Source: a virus
Lineage: Duplodnaviria; Heunggongvirae; Uroviricota; Caudoviricetes
DNA length: 17,049 nt
Strand: one strand, 5' to 3'
Virus record (IMG/VR): IMGVR_UViG_2671181094_000003
Position numbers and translations under genes: made by a program. Positions 16,753 through 17,049 of this stretch are shown one piece after another. Positions within the stretch are counted from its first letter, which is position 1. Every line of letters begins with the position of its first letter. The notes under the pieces are model-generated. The model ran no database searches, was not told the origin of the DNA, and saw only the letters and a list, made by a program, of their open reading frames with translations.

Positions 16753-17049
16753 GGTGATGCTGCCAACTTACTGATTTAGTGTATGATGGTGTTTTTGAGG
16801 TGCTCCAGTGGCTTCTGTTTCTATCAGCTGTCCCTCCTGTTCAGCTACTGACGGGGTGGTGCGTAACGGCAAAAGCACCGCCGGACATCAGCGCTATCTC
16901 TGCTCTCACTGCCGTAAAACATGGCAACTGCAGTTCACTTACACCGCTTCTCAACCCGGTACGCACCAGAAAATCATTGATATGGCCATGAATGGCGTTG
17001 GATGCCGGGCAACTGCCCGCATTATGGGCGTTGGCCTCAACACGATTTT
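16753..17049 (+). mobile_element. IS1 insertion sequence, partial copy cut by the window end; inverted relative to the left copy
   Basis: IS1 terminal repeat GGTGATGCTGCCAACTTACTGAT at 16753-16775; the downstream sequence is the reverse complement of the left copy. Confidence 0.95.
16808..17049 (+). CDS. insA: IS1 InsA, partial (C-terminus beyond the window)
   Basis: GTG start at 16808; the DNA is the reverse complement of the left-copy insA region. Confidence 0.9.
   Translation, partial: MASVSISCPSCSATDGVVRNGKSTAGHQRYLCSHCRKTWQLQFTYTASQPGTHQKIIDMAMNGVGCRATARIMGVGLNTI

Noticed and set aside
1-17049. Looked for CRISPR arrays, tRNA or rRNA genes and att-like direct repeats
   Set aside because: No regularly spaced direct repeats, tRNA-like cloverleaf candidates or rRNA-like segments were seen by eye. 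This is not an exhaustive computational scan.

Overview
This window is a ~16.2 kb block of phage virion-morphogenesis genes, all on the minus strand, bracketed by two partial IS1 copies in inverted orientation (1-561 and 16753-17049, both cut by the window edges). In transcription order (high to low coordinate) it encodes: a ParB-like N-terminal-domain protein; a translationally coupled ~310-aa protein with GT-A glycosyltransferase-like motifs; a small HTH protein; terminase small and large subunits; portal; a Mu F/SPP1 gp7-like head morphogenesis protein; scaffold; major capsid protein; a 58-aa ORF missed by the ORF track; four small head-tail joining proteins; major tail protein; a G/G-T chaperone pair with an A_AAA_AAG -1 slippery site; a 1077-aa lambda gpH-like tape measure protein; and a gpM-like gene cut by the left IS1. 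No lysis, regulatory, integration, tail-tip or fibre genes are present, so this is a defective prophage fragment or IS1-bounded phage-derived module. The most likely novel element is the ParB-like/GT-A-like gene pair directly upstream of the packaging genes. I saw no tRNA, rRNA or CRISPR array. All homology statements rest on reading the translations and on recalled family signatures, not on database searches.
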